Shown here in pieces: positions 1 through 11,648 of a stretch of DNA of 64,000 bases (positions are counted from its first letter, which is position 1; every line of letters begins with the position of its first letter). The translations under genes were made by a program, and so were the position numbers. Origin of the DNA: Macrostomum lignano (Eukaryota); contig NIVC01001888.1 in NCBI GenBank assembly GCA_002269645.1, positions 136,021 through 200,020 on the forward strand, written 5' to 3'. The notes below the pieces were generated by a model. It searched no databases. It saw nothing but the letters and a program-made list of their open reading frames with translations, and was not told the origin of the DNA.

Positions 1-540
1 CACAAGACCCATGTACAGAACGATTGCTAGAGACTTCTTCACCTCATTGTCGGTACACGCTCTCCAAGTTGATAGCAAATTGGGAAGAGCTCCGTCCTGA
101 GCTTCAGCTGTTGAAGCTCCATGTCAGCTCGGGCGTTGGTCCAGATGCGAATGGCAGACACCAGATCAGCGGTGAGAAAGTGCTGCAGATAGAATTGCAC
201 CTGGGCCATTTTATATGTACCTTCAGGAGCTTGTGCTTGAATGTCCGGGTTCAGGCCAGACACAGCGAGGAATTCTCGTGGTTAAGCACAGCGAAACGTA
301 CCATTCCACAATCCAGTGATTAAGCAGCTGTGTCAGCGGGAAAAAAGTCGCGCTGAAGAGGATCTCAAGGCAACTGCTGCAAAATGCGGAGGATGGCATC
401 GGAAAATGATGGAGCTACCTCCACCGGTGCATTACTGGCAACATATTCTCCTAGCTTGGTAAATTTCGAAACTGACTATTCAGCACGGTGGCTCCTTTGT
501 TGCGTTGCGTTGCCTTGTTAGATGCTAGAAGATGCACGAT
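1..540 (-). mobile_element. Inverted copy of the 5' part of the piggyBac transposase region (left palindrome arm; continues off the window)
   Basis: 1-540 is the reverse complement of 4376-4916, with no differences seen by eye. ORFs 24..323 and 39..263 mirror 4594..5025 and 4654..4878. Confidence 0.9.
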
Positions 541-2083
541 GACTGCTCACAACTGAGCATCAATGCTCACAACTGAGCATCACTGCTCACAACTGAGCAT
601 CACTGCTCACAACTGAGCATCACTGCTCACAACTGAGCATCAATGCTCACACCTGAGAATCACTGCTCACAACTGAGCATCACTGCTCACAACTGAGCAT
701 CACTGCTCACAACTGAGAATCACTGCTCACAACTGAGAATCACTGCTCACAACTGAGCATCACTGCTCACAACTGAGCATCACTGCTCACAACTAAGCAT
801 CACTGCTCACAACTGAGCATCACTGCTCACAACTGAGAATCACTGCTCACACCTGAGAATCACTGCTCACAACTGAGCATCACTGCTCACAACTGAGAAT
901 CACTGCTCACAACTGAGAATCACTGCTCACAACTGAGCATCACTGATCACAACTGAACATCACTGATCACAACTGAGCATCACTGATCACAACTGAGCAT
1001 CACTGATCACAACTGAGAATCACTGCTCACAACTGAGCATCACTGCTCACAACTGAGAATCACTGCTCACAACTGAGCATCACTGCTCACAACTGAGCAT
1101 CACTGCTCACACCTGAGAATCACTGCTCACACCTGAGAATCACTGCTCACACCTGAGAATCACTGCTCACACCTGAGAATCACTGCTCACACCTGAGAAT
1201 CACTGCTCACAACTAAGCATCACTGCTCACAACTGAGAATCACTGCTCACAACTGAGCATCACTGCTCACAACTGAGAATCACTTCTCACAACTGAGAAT
1301 CACTGCTCACAACTGAGCATCACTGCTCACACCTGAGAATCACTGCTCACAACTGAGCATCACTGCTCACAACTGAGCATCACTGCTCACACCTGAGAAT
1401 CACTGCTCACACCTGAGAATCACTGCTCACAACTGAGAATCACTGCTCACAACTGAGAATCACTGCTCACAACTGAGAATCACTGCTCACAACTAAGCAT
1501 CACTGCTCACAACTGAGAATCACTGCTCACAACTAAGCATCACTGCTCACAACTGAGAATCACTGCTCACAACTAAGCATCACTGCTCACAACTAAGCAT
1601 CACTGCTCACAACTAAGCATCACTGCTCACACCTGAGAATCACTGCTCACAACTAAGCATCACTGCTCACAACTGAGCATCACTGCTCACAACTGAGCAT
1701 CACTGCTCACACCTGAGAATCACTGCTCACACCTGAGCATCACTGCTCACACCTGAGCATCACTGCTCACACCTGAGAATCACTGCTCACACCTGAGCAT
1801 CACTGCTCACACCTGAGAATCACTGCTCACACCTGAGAATCACTGCTCACACCTGAGCATCACTGCTCACAACTGAGCATCACTGCTCACACCTGAGAAT
1901 CACTGCTCACACCTGAGAATCACTGCTCACAACTGAGAATCACTGCTCACACCTGAGAATCACTGCTGACACCTGAGAATCACTGCTCACAACTGAGAAT
2001 CACTGCTCACAACTGAGAATCACTGCTCACAGCTGAGAATCACTGCTCACAACTGAGCATCACTGCTCACACCTGAGCATCAC
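541..2083. repeat. 20-bp satellite (cactgctcacaactgagcat), about 77 units
   Basis: Direct 20-bp periodicity with a few single-base variants. Confidence 0.98.
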
Positions 2084-2417
2084 TCCTTTCAGCAGATAAT
2101 CTAGGAGTACTACATGCAATTATAAGCAGCACTAACGACTAGGCGTTCTGTTGATTATGTAGGTCAACACAGCTACAAGGGTTCATGCTTGAATGCAGTG
2201 CAAACAAAGGCTATTAAGGTGATTGTCTTACACGCCAACTCATCCTAACTGAGAGCACCAATCCCAGTGACCCAGCCCAAGTCAAACAGTATTTCGGAGG
2301 CAGTTGCAAGTTTTTGTTGCTGTGATCTTTTTAAGTAGGTAAGTCTGGCGCTCACGTGCCAGCCCGGCAGTCCAAACAGAAGGCAGTCGGAGCGGAAAAA
2401 CGTGCCGATTTCGGCTG

Positions 2418-2456
2418 CATAAATGCGTCGCCTAAAGCAGCTGGCTGAGATCAATT
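2418..2456 (+). promoter_or_regulatory. TATA-like CATAAAT (2418-2424) and Inr-like TCAATT (2451-2456) of peptide gene copy 1
   Basis: The two motifs are about 30 bp apart, 60-100 bp upstream of the ATG, and conserved in copy 2 (7690-7696, 7723-7728). Confidence 0.5.
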
Positions 2457-2516
2457 AACAGGAAAAGTAGTCACAGACTCTCAGCTTCATCAGCTCGCAC
2501 AGCAACAGACTCAACC

Positions 2517-2759
2517 ATGAAGTGGCAACTCGCTCTCGGACTTCTGCTCTGCACGGCCCTGGCCGCCGCCGCTCCCAGCGCGGAGCAGGCCGAGGACGCC
2601 GATGCGATGAACGCGCTGGAGGCCCTGGCCAACCTGGAGGAGTCCGACATGTCCGAGGACGGCGCCCTGCAGCCGGCCGAGAAGTGGCGCAGGAGGAGGC
2701 GCTTCCGCTGGAGGAAGGCCATCCGCGTGGCCGGCAAGGTCGCCAAGGCGGTGCTCTGA
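2517..2759 (+). CDS. Secreted cationic prepropeptide, antimicrobial-peptide-like (copy 1)
   Basis: 80 aa: hydrophobic signal peptide, acidic propiece (11 D/E), then KWRRRRRFRWRKAIRVAGKVAKAVL (12 K/R). 74 of 80 codons end in G/C. Single exon. Confidence 0.85.
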   Translation: MKWQLALGLLLCTALAAAAPSAEQAEDADAMNALEALANLEESDMSEDGALQPAEKWRRRRRFRWRKAIRVAGKVAKAVL

Positions 2760-2994
2760 GCTGAGCAGCTGAGCTCGGAGAACCCCGGCTTTGACTCTGA
2801 TCTGACTGCCCAAGTGCCCGAATACGCAGCACAAATACACGCTTAAGCTTAACAATTGGAGCTCCTATTTATTCAAAATGAAGGCATGCCGACCTCTGCA
2901 TAACCGTTCCGGACTCAACATTCTTTTGTAGCATTGAGGCTAGCTGGGAATGCAAAACAGAAGCATCATGTTTAGGCTTGATTAGATATGAATT

Positions 2995-4375
2995 TGATTC
3001 TCAGTTGTGAGCAGTGATGCTCAGTTGTGAGCAGTGATTCTCAGTTGTGAGCAGTGATGCTCAGGTGTGAGCAGTGATGCTTAGTTGTGAGCAGTGATGC
3101 TTAGTTGTGAGCAGTGATGCTTAGTTGTGAGCAGTGATGCTCAGTTGTGAGCAGTGATTCTCAGTTGTGAGCAGTGATGCTCAGGTGTGAGCAGTGATTC
3201 TCAGGTGTGAGCAGTGATTCTCAGGTGTGAGCAGTGATTCTCAGTTGTGAGCAGTGATGCTCAGTTGTGAGCAGTGATTCTCAGTTGTGAGCAGTGATGC
3301 TCAGTTGTGAGCAGTGATTCTCAGTTGTGATCAGTGATGCTCAGTTGTGATCAGTGATGCTCAGTTGTGAGCAGTGATTCTCAGTTGTGAGCAGTGATTC
3401 TCAGTTGTGAGCAGTGATGCTCAGGTGTGAGCAGTGATGCTCAGTTGTGAGCAGTGATGCTCAGTTGTGAGCAGTGATTCTCAGGTGTGAGCAGTGATTC
3501 TCAGTTGTGAGCAGTGATGCTTAGTTGTGAGCAGTGATGCTTAGTTGTGAGCAGTGATTCTCAGTTGTGAGCAGTGATGCTCAGTTGTGAGCAGTGATTC
3601 TCAGTTGTGAGCAGTGATGCTCAGTTGTGAGCAGTGATGCTTAGTTGTGAGCAGTGATGCTTAGTTGTGAGCAGTGATGCTCAGTTGTGAGCAGTGATGC
3701 TCAGTTGTGAGCAGTGATGCTCAGGTGTGAGCAGTGATTCTCAGGTGTGAGCAGTGATTCTCAGGTGTGAGCAGTGATGCTCAGTTGTGAGCAGTGATTC
3801 TCAGGTGTGAGCAGTGATGCTCAGTTGTGAGCAGTGATGCTCAGTTGTGAGCAGTGATTCTCAGTTGTGAGCAGTGATGCTCAGTTGTGAGCAGTGATTC
3901 TCAGTTGTGATCAGTGATGCTCAGTTGTGATCAGTGATGCTCAGTTGTGATCAGTGATGCTCAGTTGTGATCAGTGATGCTCAGTTGTGAGCAGTGATTC
4001 TCAGTTGTGAGCAGTGATTCTCAGTTGTGAGCAGTGATGCTCAGGTGTGAGCAGTGATGCTCAGTTGTGAGCAGTGATGCTTAGTTGTGAGCAGCGATGC
4101 TCAGTTGTGAGCAGTGATGCTTAGTTGTGAGCAGTGATGCTCAGTTGTGAGCAGTGATGCTCAGTTGTGAGCAGTGATTCTCAGTTGTGAGCAGTGATTC
4201 TCAGTTGTGAGCAGTGATGCTCAGTTGTGAGCAGTGATGCTCAGTTGTGAGCAGTGATTCTCAGGTGTGAGCATTGATGCTCAGTTGTGAGCAGTGATGC
4301 TCAGTTGTGAGCAGTGATGCTCAGTTGTGAGCAGTGATGCTCAGTTGTGAGCATTGATGCTCAGTTGTGAGCAGT
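2995..4375. repeat. Same 20-bp satellite in opposite orientation, about 69 units
   Basis: Unit tcagttgtgagcagtgatgc. The variant pattern mirrors 541-1020 near the piggyBac side. Confidence 0.98.
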
Positions 4376-6531
4376 CATCGTGCATCTTCTAGCATCTAAC
4401 AAGGCAACGCAACGCAACAAAGGAGCCACCGTGCTGAATAGTCAGTTTCGAAATTTACCAAGCTAGGAGAATATGTTGCCAGTAATGCACCGGTGGAGGT
4501 AGCTCCATCATTTTCCGATGCCATCCTCCGCATTTTGCAGCAGTTGCCTTGAGATCCTCTTCAGCGCGACTTTTTTCCCGCTGACACAGCTGCTTAATCA
4601 CTGGATTGTGGAATGGTACGTTTCGCTGTGCTTAACCACGAGAATTCCTCGCTGTGTCTGGCCTGAACCCGGACATTCAAGCACAAGCTCCTGAAGGTAC
4701 ATATAAAATGGCCCAGGTGCAATTCTATCTGCAGCACTTTCTCACCGCTGATCTGGTGTCTGCCATTCGCATCTGGACCAACGCCCGAGCTGACATGGAG
4801 CTTCAACAGCTGAAGCTCAGGACGGAGCTCTTCCCAATTTGCTATCAACTTGGAGAGCGTGTACCGACAATGAGGTGAAGAAGTCTCTAGCAATCGTTCT
4901 GTACATGGGTCTTGTGAAGAAGCCCGAAATGCACATGTACTGGTCCACGGGAGACTTCTACGGCGGCGAATACTTGCAGAAAGAACATTGCCTTGGAAGG
5001 GATCGGTTTGTGCAGATTTTATCATTCCTTCGATTTTACGACTGCACCACCGTCAACCAACAAGGACTCCTTGAAAAAGATTCGACCGTTTCTTAACATT
5101 GCCCGCGATATTTGCCAAGCAAATTACAGCCCAAGTCAAGGCAAATTACAGCCCAAGTCAAGAGGTGTCTGTCGATGAAGAACTGGTCATGTACAAGGGC
5201 AGGCTCATTTTCCGGCCGTTCATGCCCAACAAGCGTGCCAGATTCGGCATCAAGGTGTACTGCTGGACACAGAAGCTTTGACATGTTTTCTGTGGAACTT
5301 TCATGTACATGCTGCTAAGCAGGATAACGACAAGTTTGGAGATGGATTAAACTGCGGGAATTTGTCGATGAGCGAGAAGATCGTCCTTGAATTGAGTAAA
5401 AATTTGCTGGACCTGGGGCACAAGGTCTTCTGTGACAGCTGTTTCACATCGCTCCGTCTGGCGCAGTTTCTGCTGGAACTCAGTACTTTACTGACTGACT
5501 GGGACGGTGAGGCCCAATCGAGGTGTGCCGAATGAGCTGAAATTGCTGCCCGTGCAACCCGTCAGTCACGCACGGTGTTGCTGAAATCACGGAAGTGAGG
5601 CGAGTGATCCAAGGCCGAGCAGAGGAGTCAGTTTTAAAGCCGAATTCGGTGCTGCAGTACAATAAGAACATGGGAGGCGTTGATCGCCTTGATGCAGCAC
5701 TGCAGCCTTACAGTGGGGGGAGCCTACAGACCTACAGATGGCACCAGAAGCTCGGGTTCCACGTTTTGCTGCAGTTGGTCCGCAGTGCCTGGGTCTGCAA
5801 CTGCCAAGAAGGAAGCGATATCAAATTCGTTGAATTTTTGATAGCTGCGATCCGCACTCTCATGGAGCAGACAGGCCGGGGCAAACGTCTGAATACATCG
5901 AAGCGCAGGGCCGTCTCACAGCACGCGCCATCGAAGCTGCCGCCGACAGATGCCAATGCAAGGCCGACAAAGCGATGCAGAGTCTGCTACAGCAATGGTG
6001 TCAATTTTTGCAACTTAGTATTTAAGCCAGTTTTCATATCGATTCATATTGCACTTTTATTGCACTTACAAAATAATTTGGTGTGGCCAAGAGAACGGTG
6101 TTCGAATGCGCTGGTTGCCCAGGAGAGCCCGGGCTGTGTGCTGTCCCGTGCTTCAGAATTGGCACACTGCAGCAGCACAGTAGTTGCACTGGTGGTACGG
6201 TGTAAAACTTATTACGTTCAGAATACGAAATTCAAAACGCTCCTCCTAAATGCCTCATCGATGCATTAAATATTGTTTACCTAACTGTTCTTAGTTCTGT
6301 TGTTGTCCTTTTTTAAAGTTTTTAAAGAATTCTTATCTATCCTGTACTTGCAGTGAAATATAGTTGAAAAATTGCGAAAAACATGGTACGCACAGCATGC
6401 CATCCGTAACTTATGGGGATGTCGAAAAGTCATATTTATGCTAAACTATCTAGGCCATAGACATGTATTCTCAGTATATGGTTAAATGAGACCCATGGCA
6501 CGCCTGGCGTGTGCCATCAGTCTTTGGAGGG
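4376..6531 (+). mobile_element. Decayed piggyBac DNA transposon, right end intact, left end not found
   Basis: Transposase fragments carry the catalytic motifs VSVDEE, FCDSCFTS and YNKNMGGVDRLD plus a C-terminal Cys-rich domain, broken by frameshifts including a 22-bp duplication near 5119-5161. The element ends ...TTTGGAGGG at 6531 followed by TTAA (6532-6535). Confidence 0.9.
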
Positions 6532-6582
6532 TTAAGACTCAGGTAGGGTAAATGCTTAATACTTATTAACGAGTACCGAAGC

Positions 6583-7045
6583 TGTGAAGAGCAGTGATTC
6601 TCAGTTGTGAGCAGTGATTCTCAGTTGTGAGCAGTGATTCTCAGTTGTGAGCAGTGATTCTCAGTTATGAGCAGTGATTCTCAGGTGTGAGCAGTGATTC
6701 TCAGTTGTGAGCAGTGATGCTCAGTTGTGAGCAGTGATTCTCAGTTGTGAGCAGTGATTCTCAGTTATGAGCAGTGATTCTCAGGTGTGAGCAGTGATTC
6801 TCAGTTGTGAGCAGTGATTCTCAGTTATGAGCAGTGATTCTCAGGTGTGAGCAGTGATTCTCAGTTGTGAGCAGTGATGCTCAGTTGTGAGCAGTGATTC
6901 TCAGTTGTGAGCAGTGATTCTCAGTTGTGAGCAGTGATTCTCAGTTGTGAGCAGTGATTCTCACGTGTAAGCAGTGATTCTCAGTTGTGAGCAGTGATGC
7001 TCAGTTGTGAGCAGTTGTGAGCAGTGATTCTCAGTTGAAGAGCAA
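6583..7045. repeat. Third array of the 20-bp satellite
   Basis: Unit tcagttgtgagcagtgattc, starting about 50 bp after the piggyBac TTAA. Confidence 0.95.
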
Positions 7046-7788
7046 TGCATGATTATCTAGCTGTTGGGGGAAATGATTCTCAGTTATCAGTCATATTTAA
7101 TATGGGACTTTGTGGATAACCTTGAAATTCAGACACGGCTTCTCTATACAAATCTTTTATTAAACAAAAGTATAAGGATTTCACATCAGAAATGCTGAAT
7201 TCAATCATCAGTAATAATTAAAACGGAACCCCAGAGTCTTGGATGTTGTTACGCCTATGCTTTATCGATCATTTCAATGTATTCATCATGGATTCTCCAT
7301 CGTGAAGCTCAGCTCTCTTCATCGCGAGTTCCTGATGCTCATAAGCTACAAGAGCTATTAAATTGCGCATTTCAATAGAATGTGAATTCGATGACTATTC
7401 AAATAGGGCCGTGTTTGCAGTAGCAAGACCCCCAGAGTGCAACAGCCGCTCAAACAAACGTAACACTAAACGAAAAAACTCTAGTGTAAATTTACAGATT
7501 AAGTTGCTTGTTCAAGAACCTTATTACTCGTAATTATACAGGAATTCGGTTCTATTTGCCACCAGAAACTTTGTTTCAAATGATTGAAAAGAGAGTGTGC
7601 GATCTGGGAGAGGTCAGCCCTTGTCACGTGCCAGCCCAGCAGTCCAAACAGAAGGCAGTCGGAGCGGAAAAACGTGCCGATTTCGGCTGCATAAATGCGT
7701 CCCCTAAAGCAGCTGGCTGAGATCAATTAACAGGAATAGTAGTCACAGACTCTCAGCTTCATCAGCTCGCACAGCAACAAACTCAACC

Positions 7789-8031
7789 ATGAAGTGGCAA
7801 CTCGCTCTCGGACTTCTGCTCTGCACGGCCCTGGCCGCCGCCGCTCCCAGCGCGGAGCAGGCCGAGGACGCCGATGCGATGAACGCGCTGGAGGCCCTGG
7901 CCAACCTGGAGGAGTCCGACATGTCCGAGGACGGCGCCCTGCAGCCGGCCGAGAAGTGGCGCAGGAGGAGGCGCTTCCGCTGGAGGAAGGCCATCCGCGT
8001 GGCCGGCAAGGTCGCCAAGGCGGTGCTCTGA
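7789..8031 (+). CDS. Secreted cationic prepropeptide, antimicrobial-peptide-like (copy 2)
   Basis: CDS is nucleotide-identical to 2517-2759. The shared block is about 7625-8266 versus 2353-2994, with about 5 substitutions, all non-coding. Confidence 0.85.
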   Translation: MKWQLALGLLLCTALAAAAPSAEQAEDADAMNALEALANLEESDMSEDGALQPAEKWRRRRRFRWRKAIRVAGKVAKAVL

Positions 8032-8800
8032 GCTGAGCAGCTGAGCTCGGAGAACCCCGGCTTTGACTCTGATCTGACTGCCCAAGTGCCCGAATACGCA
8101 GCACAAATACACGCTTAAGCTTAACAATTGGAGCTCCTATTTATTCAAAATGAAGGCATGCCGACCTCTGCATGACCGTTCCGGACTCAACATTCTTTTG
8201 TAGCATTGAGGCTAGCTGGGAATGCAAAACAGAAGCATCATGTTTAGGCTTGATTAGATATGAATTTTTTTGGTGATGATTCACAAAGACTAAATATAAA
8301 GTTTTTACTGGTGGTTCATCAGTGTACTATACAGTTAGATAATTACATCACAAAAGTTGTGCTCGCAGCCTACTACTGCACACGGCTCTGTTAGTAGATA
8401 CAGTTGGCAAAAGCTTGTGCACAATAATGGGAGAGGTGATATTAACAAATGAGTGACGCACATTTCTAATTATTGATATTAATGATATAGGCATACAAAA
8501 TTGGCATTAGGGAAGCATGACGCATACATTTATTAATAAATTCAAAAACCTAGCATTCAAGTAAATTTCTATCGTTCTTGCGACTGAAGCTTAAAATACA
8601 CGCAGGAGACAACTGCAACACTTTATTAGATAGTAACAGACAAATTTTCGGTTACATTGTCCTGGAATAACACTGGCTGGAAACTGGAATAATATAAAAG
8701 TACGCACAATCAATCAGCTTAAACGTGCATCATTTTAACTAGCAGTAAGTGTTATTAAATGCTTCTATCCGATTTAAAATATGATTGAGCTCTTTCCCGA

Positions 8801-9045
8801 TGAAATCGCTAAGAAGCGTCCCAGTCACTTGCATCGTCCCAAGAGTTTTTGTCTGCGACTTTGAAACGATGCTGGGGCGACAGAGTCGCACTTTATAACA
8901 GCTACATTTAGTCTATTTGAGTTAGTGAAAAAGTTAAACGCTAACACTTTTAGACGACTTTTTGGCGACTTTTATTACGATGCTAAAACTCTATAGTCGC
9001 TATAGTCACTAGCGACTTGTTTGCAATGACTCTTTAGCGATTCTC
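8801..9045. mobile_element. Possible degenerate MITE
   Basis: Imperfect inverted ends (gaaatcgctaagaag / ctctttagcgattctc) and repeated gtcgc/gcgac motifs. No TSD found. Confidence 0.3.
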
Positions 9046-9112
9046 TATCAAAATTAACTACTACCTAGATACAAAAGTACACGATAAACTTTAATTTAAC
9101 GGACATTCAGGA

Positions 9113-10718
9113 CTATCCGAGAGGTGCCTGAACAGCCCGCACAATGGACCGCTCGCAGCAGGGACAATGCGGCGGCGGGCCAGACTGTCTCCTAATAAAA
9201 TTCGAGCAGATCTCGCACAGGCGGATAGCGTGAGTCTCCACTCGAGCAGCCGCCAATGCGCAGACCGTATCGTACTTGGCGGTACACACGGGCTGATTGA
9301 TCCGGCAGAACTGGCACAGATCTAGCAGGCTGAATGCGGGCTCGCGGAAGCGGAGAAACAGGCAGCTGAACTGCGTTGATGCCCAGCTGATTGCGCGGAC
9401 CATTCGGCGGAAGGCGTCGTCCGGGTTGGTCTCGCTTGGCACGATGCCAAACCGGCTAGCGAGAGGGCGCGGGGAGGGGCCAGGGAGTTTCTTAGAAAAA
9501 GTCACTCATGTTTGAGACAGCAGACTTTGGTATGAACCTAGTCTTTGAGAGAGAGTCATCTGCTGGGGTTCGTCTTTAGGGACGAAGTCATGGATGAGGT
9601 CATAGATGAGGTCACGGATAAGATCATAGATGATGCCACGGATAAGATCATAGATGAGGTCACGGATAAGATCATAGATGATGCCACGGATAAGATCATA
9701 GATGATGCCACGGATAAGATCATAGATGATGCCATGGATAAGATCATAGGTGAGGTCACGGATAAGATCATAGATGATGCCACGGATAAGATCATAGATG
9801 ATACCATGGATAAGATCATAGATGATGCCACGGATAAGATCATAGATGATGCCATGGATAAGATCATAGGTGAGGTCACGGATAAGATCATAGATGAGGT
9901 CACGGATAAGATCATAGATGATACCATGGATAAGATCATAGATGATGCCACGGATAAGATCATAGATGATGCCATGGATAAGATCATAGGTGAGGTCACG
10001 GATAAGATCATAGATGATGCCACGGATAAGATCATAGATGATGCCACGGATAAGATCATAGATGAGGTCACGGATAAGATCATAGATGATGTCACGGATA
10101 AGATCATAGATGAGGTCACGGATAAGATCATAGATGAGGCCACGGATAAGATCATAGATAATGTCATCACAGCCTAAGAAAGCAGTGTCGCCGCTCTCAC
10201 CGGTACAGGAACAGCACATCGTCCACAGTGATGTTCTGCCTGCAGCGATGGTCGGAGTGTCGGCTGAAGTGCTCATTCAATCTGGCAGCGAATCGCTGGG
10301 GCGTGTCGGCTAGCCAGTGCTCGGGGCCGCCAGTCAATCTCATCAGCCGATGCCAGCGCTCTAGCAGGCCAATCAAATCGTGACAGGTCAGGTCGCCGCC
10401 TCTGGCAGATTTGAAAAACTCGAACAGCAGATGAGAGTTGGGATTACTAGCGTTGCCAGGCGGTAACCAGGCTCGCCAGCCGTCTGGCCCGCGGCAAGTG
10501 GGATCGGGGAACAGCTGTCTAGTCGATTGACTGGCGCGCAAGTGGACGTAAAACTCGGCGCTAGTTGCGTCCGGCCGGCCGGACAAAAAGCTGGCCAGCT
10601 CGTCTACTAAGGTGACGCTGTCGGACACGGCGCGGGGTGAGGGCGGAACGGCTAGGGGACTAACAGGATTGCTGACGGATGAAGCTCTGCTGCTATCGCG
10701 CCCCGCCGCATATTGCAT
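9113..10718 (-). CDS. Unnamed 286-aa protein with C-terminal RING-like zinc finger; exons 10718-10201 and 9455-9113
   Basis: GT donor at 10200 and a pyrimidine-tract AG acceptor at 9457-9456 join two ORFs in frame (518+343 nt). The C-terminus reads CQFC...C...H...CEIC...CPCC. Confidence 0.7.
9589..10160. repeat. 24-bp intronic minisatellite (gataagatcatagatgatgccacg)
   Basis: Direct periodicity; fills the intron of the RING gene. Confidence 0.95.
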
Positions 10719-10852
10719 AGACTAAAATCTATGGCGATGGGGTGGCGATGGGGCGCTGCTTATAATTAATGGCGCCTCCACCGTCAGCAACATGCAATGA
10801 AACAGTGGCTAAGCATTTTAGGGGCTGCGGTCTGCGGCAGAAGCGGGATATC

Positions 10853-11385
10853 TAGAGGACTGGGAATAGGATACTAGAGGGTTGTGAGTGGGATATCTAG
10901 ATGGCTGAGAGTGGGATATCTAGAGGGTTGTGAGTGGGACATCTAGATGGCTGAGAGGGATATCTAGAGGGTTGGGAGTGGGATATCTAGATGGCTGAGA
11001 GTGGGATATCTAGAGGGTTGTGAGTGGGATATCTAGATGGCTGAGAGTGGGATATCCAGGGGGCTGGGAGTGGGACATCTAAAGGGCTGGGAGTGGGACA
11101 TCTAAAGGGCTGGGAGTGGGACATCTAGAAGGCTGGGATTGGGATATCCAGGGGGCTGGGAGTGGGACATCTAAAGGGCTGGGAGTGGGACATCTAAAGG
11201 GCTGGGAGTGGGACATCTAGAAGGCTGGGATTGGGATATCTAGAGGGTTGGGAGTGGGATATCTAGAGGGTTGGGAGTGGGATATCTAGAGGGTTGGGAG
11301 TGGGATATCTAGAGGGTTGGGAGTGGGATATCTAGAGGGTTGGGAGTGGGATATCTAGAGGGTTGGGAGTGGGATATCTAGAGGG
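10853..11385. repeat. About 23-bp minisatellite (gagtgggatatctagagggttgg)
   Basis: Direct periodicity, between COX19 and the RING gene. Confidence 0.95.
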
Positions 11386-11648
11386 CCGGGTTGTGACTTG
11401 AGCTTAAGAGGTGAAATAAAACTTGCATGAGCAGTTCGGAATCCCACAGCCACATCAATGGTGCGTACGGATAATGAAGTATGAGTTTGCAAATTCTCAA
11501 ATGTAAAACTTTCACGTCAATTTATTGCAGTGACTGCAAGGGCAAAGTACATTTGAAAACTAAGTTACTACACGAATCGATAATAATTGCCAATGAATAG
11601 CAATTATGACATTACAAACGAGTTTAAAAATCCGAAATGCATCAAATA

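Noticed and set aside
2455-2855. Antisense and alternative-frame ORFs over the peptide gene (also 7727-8127)
   Set aside because: Shadows of a GC-rich CDS. Only the + frame at 2517 has signal-peptide architecture, GC3 bias and promoter motifs.
541-4375. 20-bp repeat arrays as CRISPR
   Set aside because: The units are contiguous with no unique spacers, there are no cas genes, and the context is eukaryotic.
9506-10276. Repeat-protein ORFs (DKIIDDAT, YDLIRGII and similar)
   Set aside because: They are translations of an intronic 24-bp minisatellite that is open in several frames on both strands.
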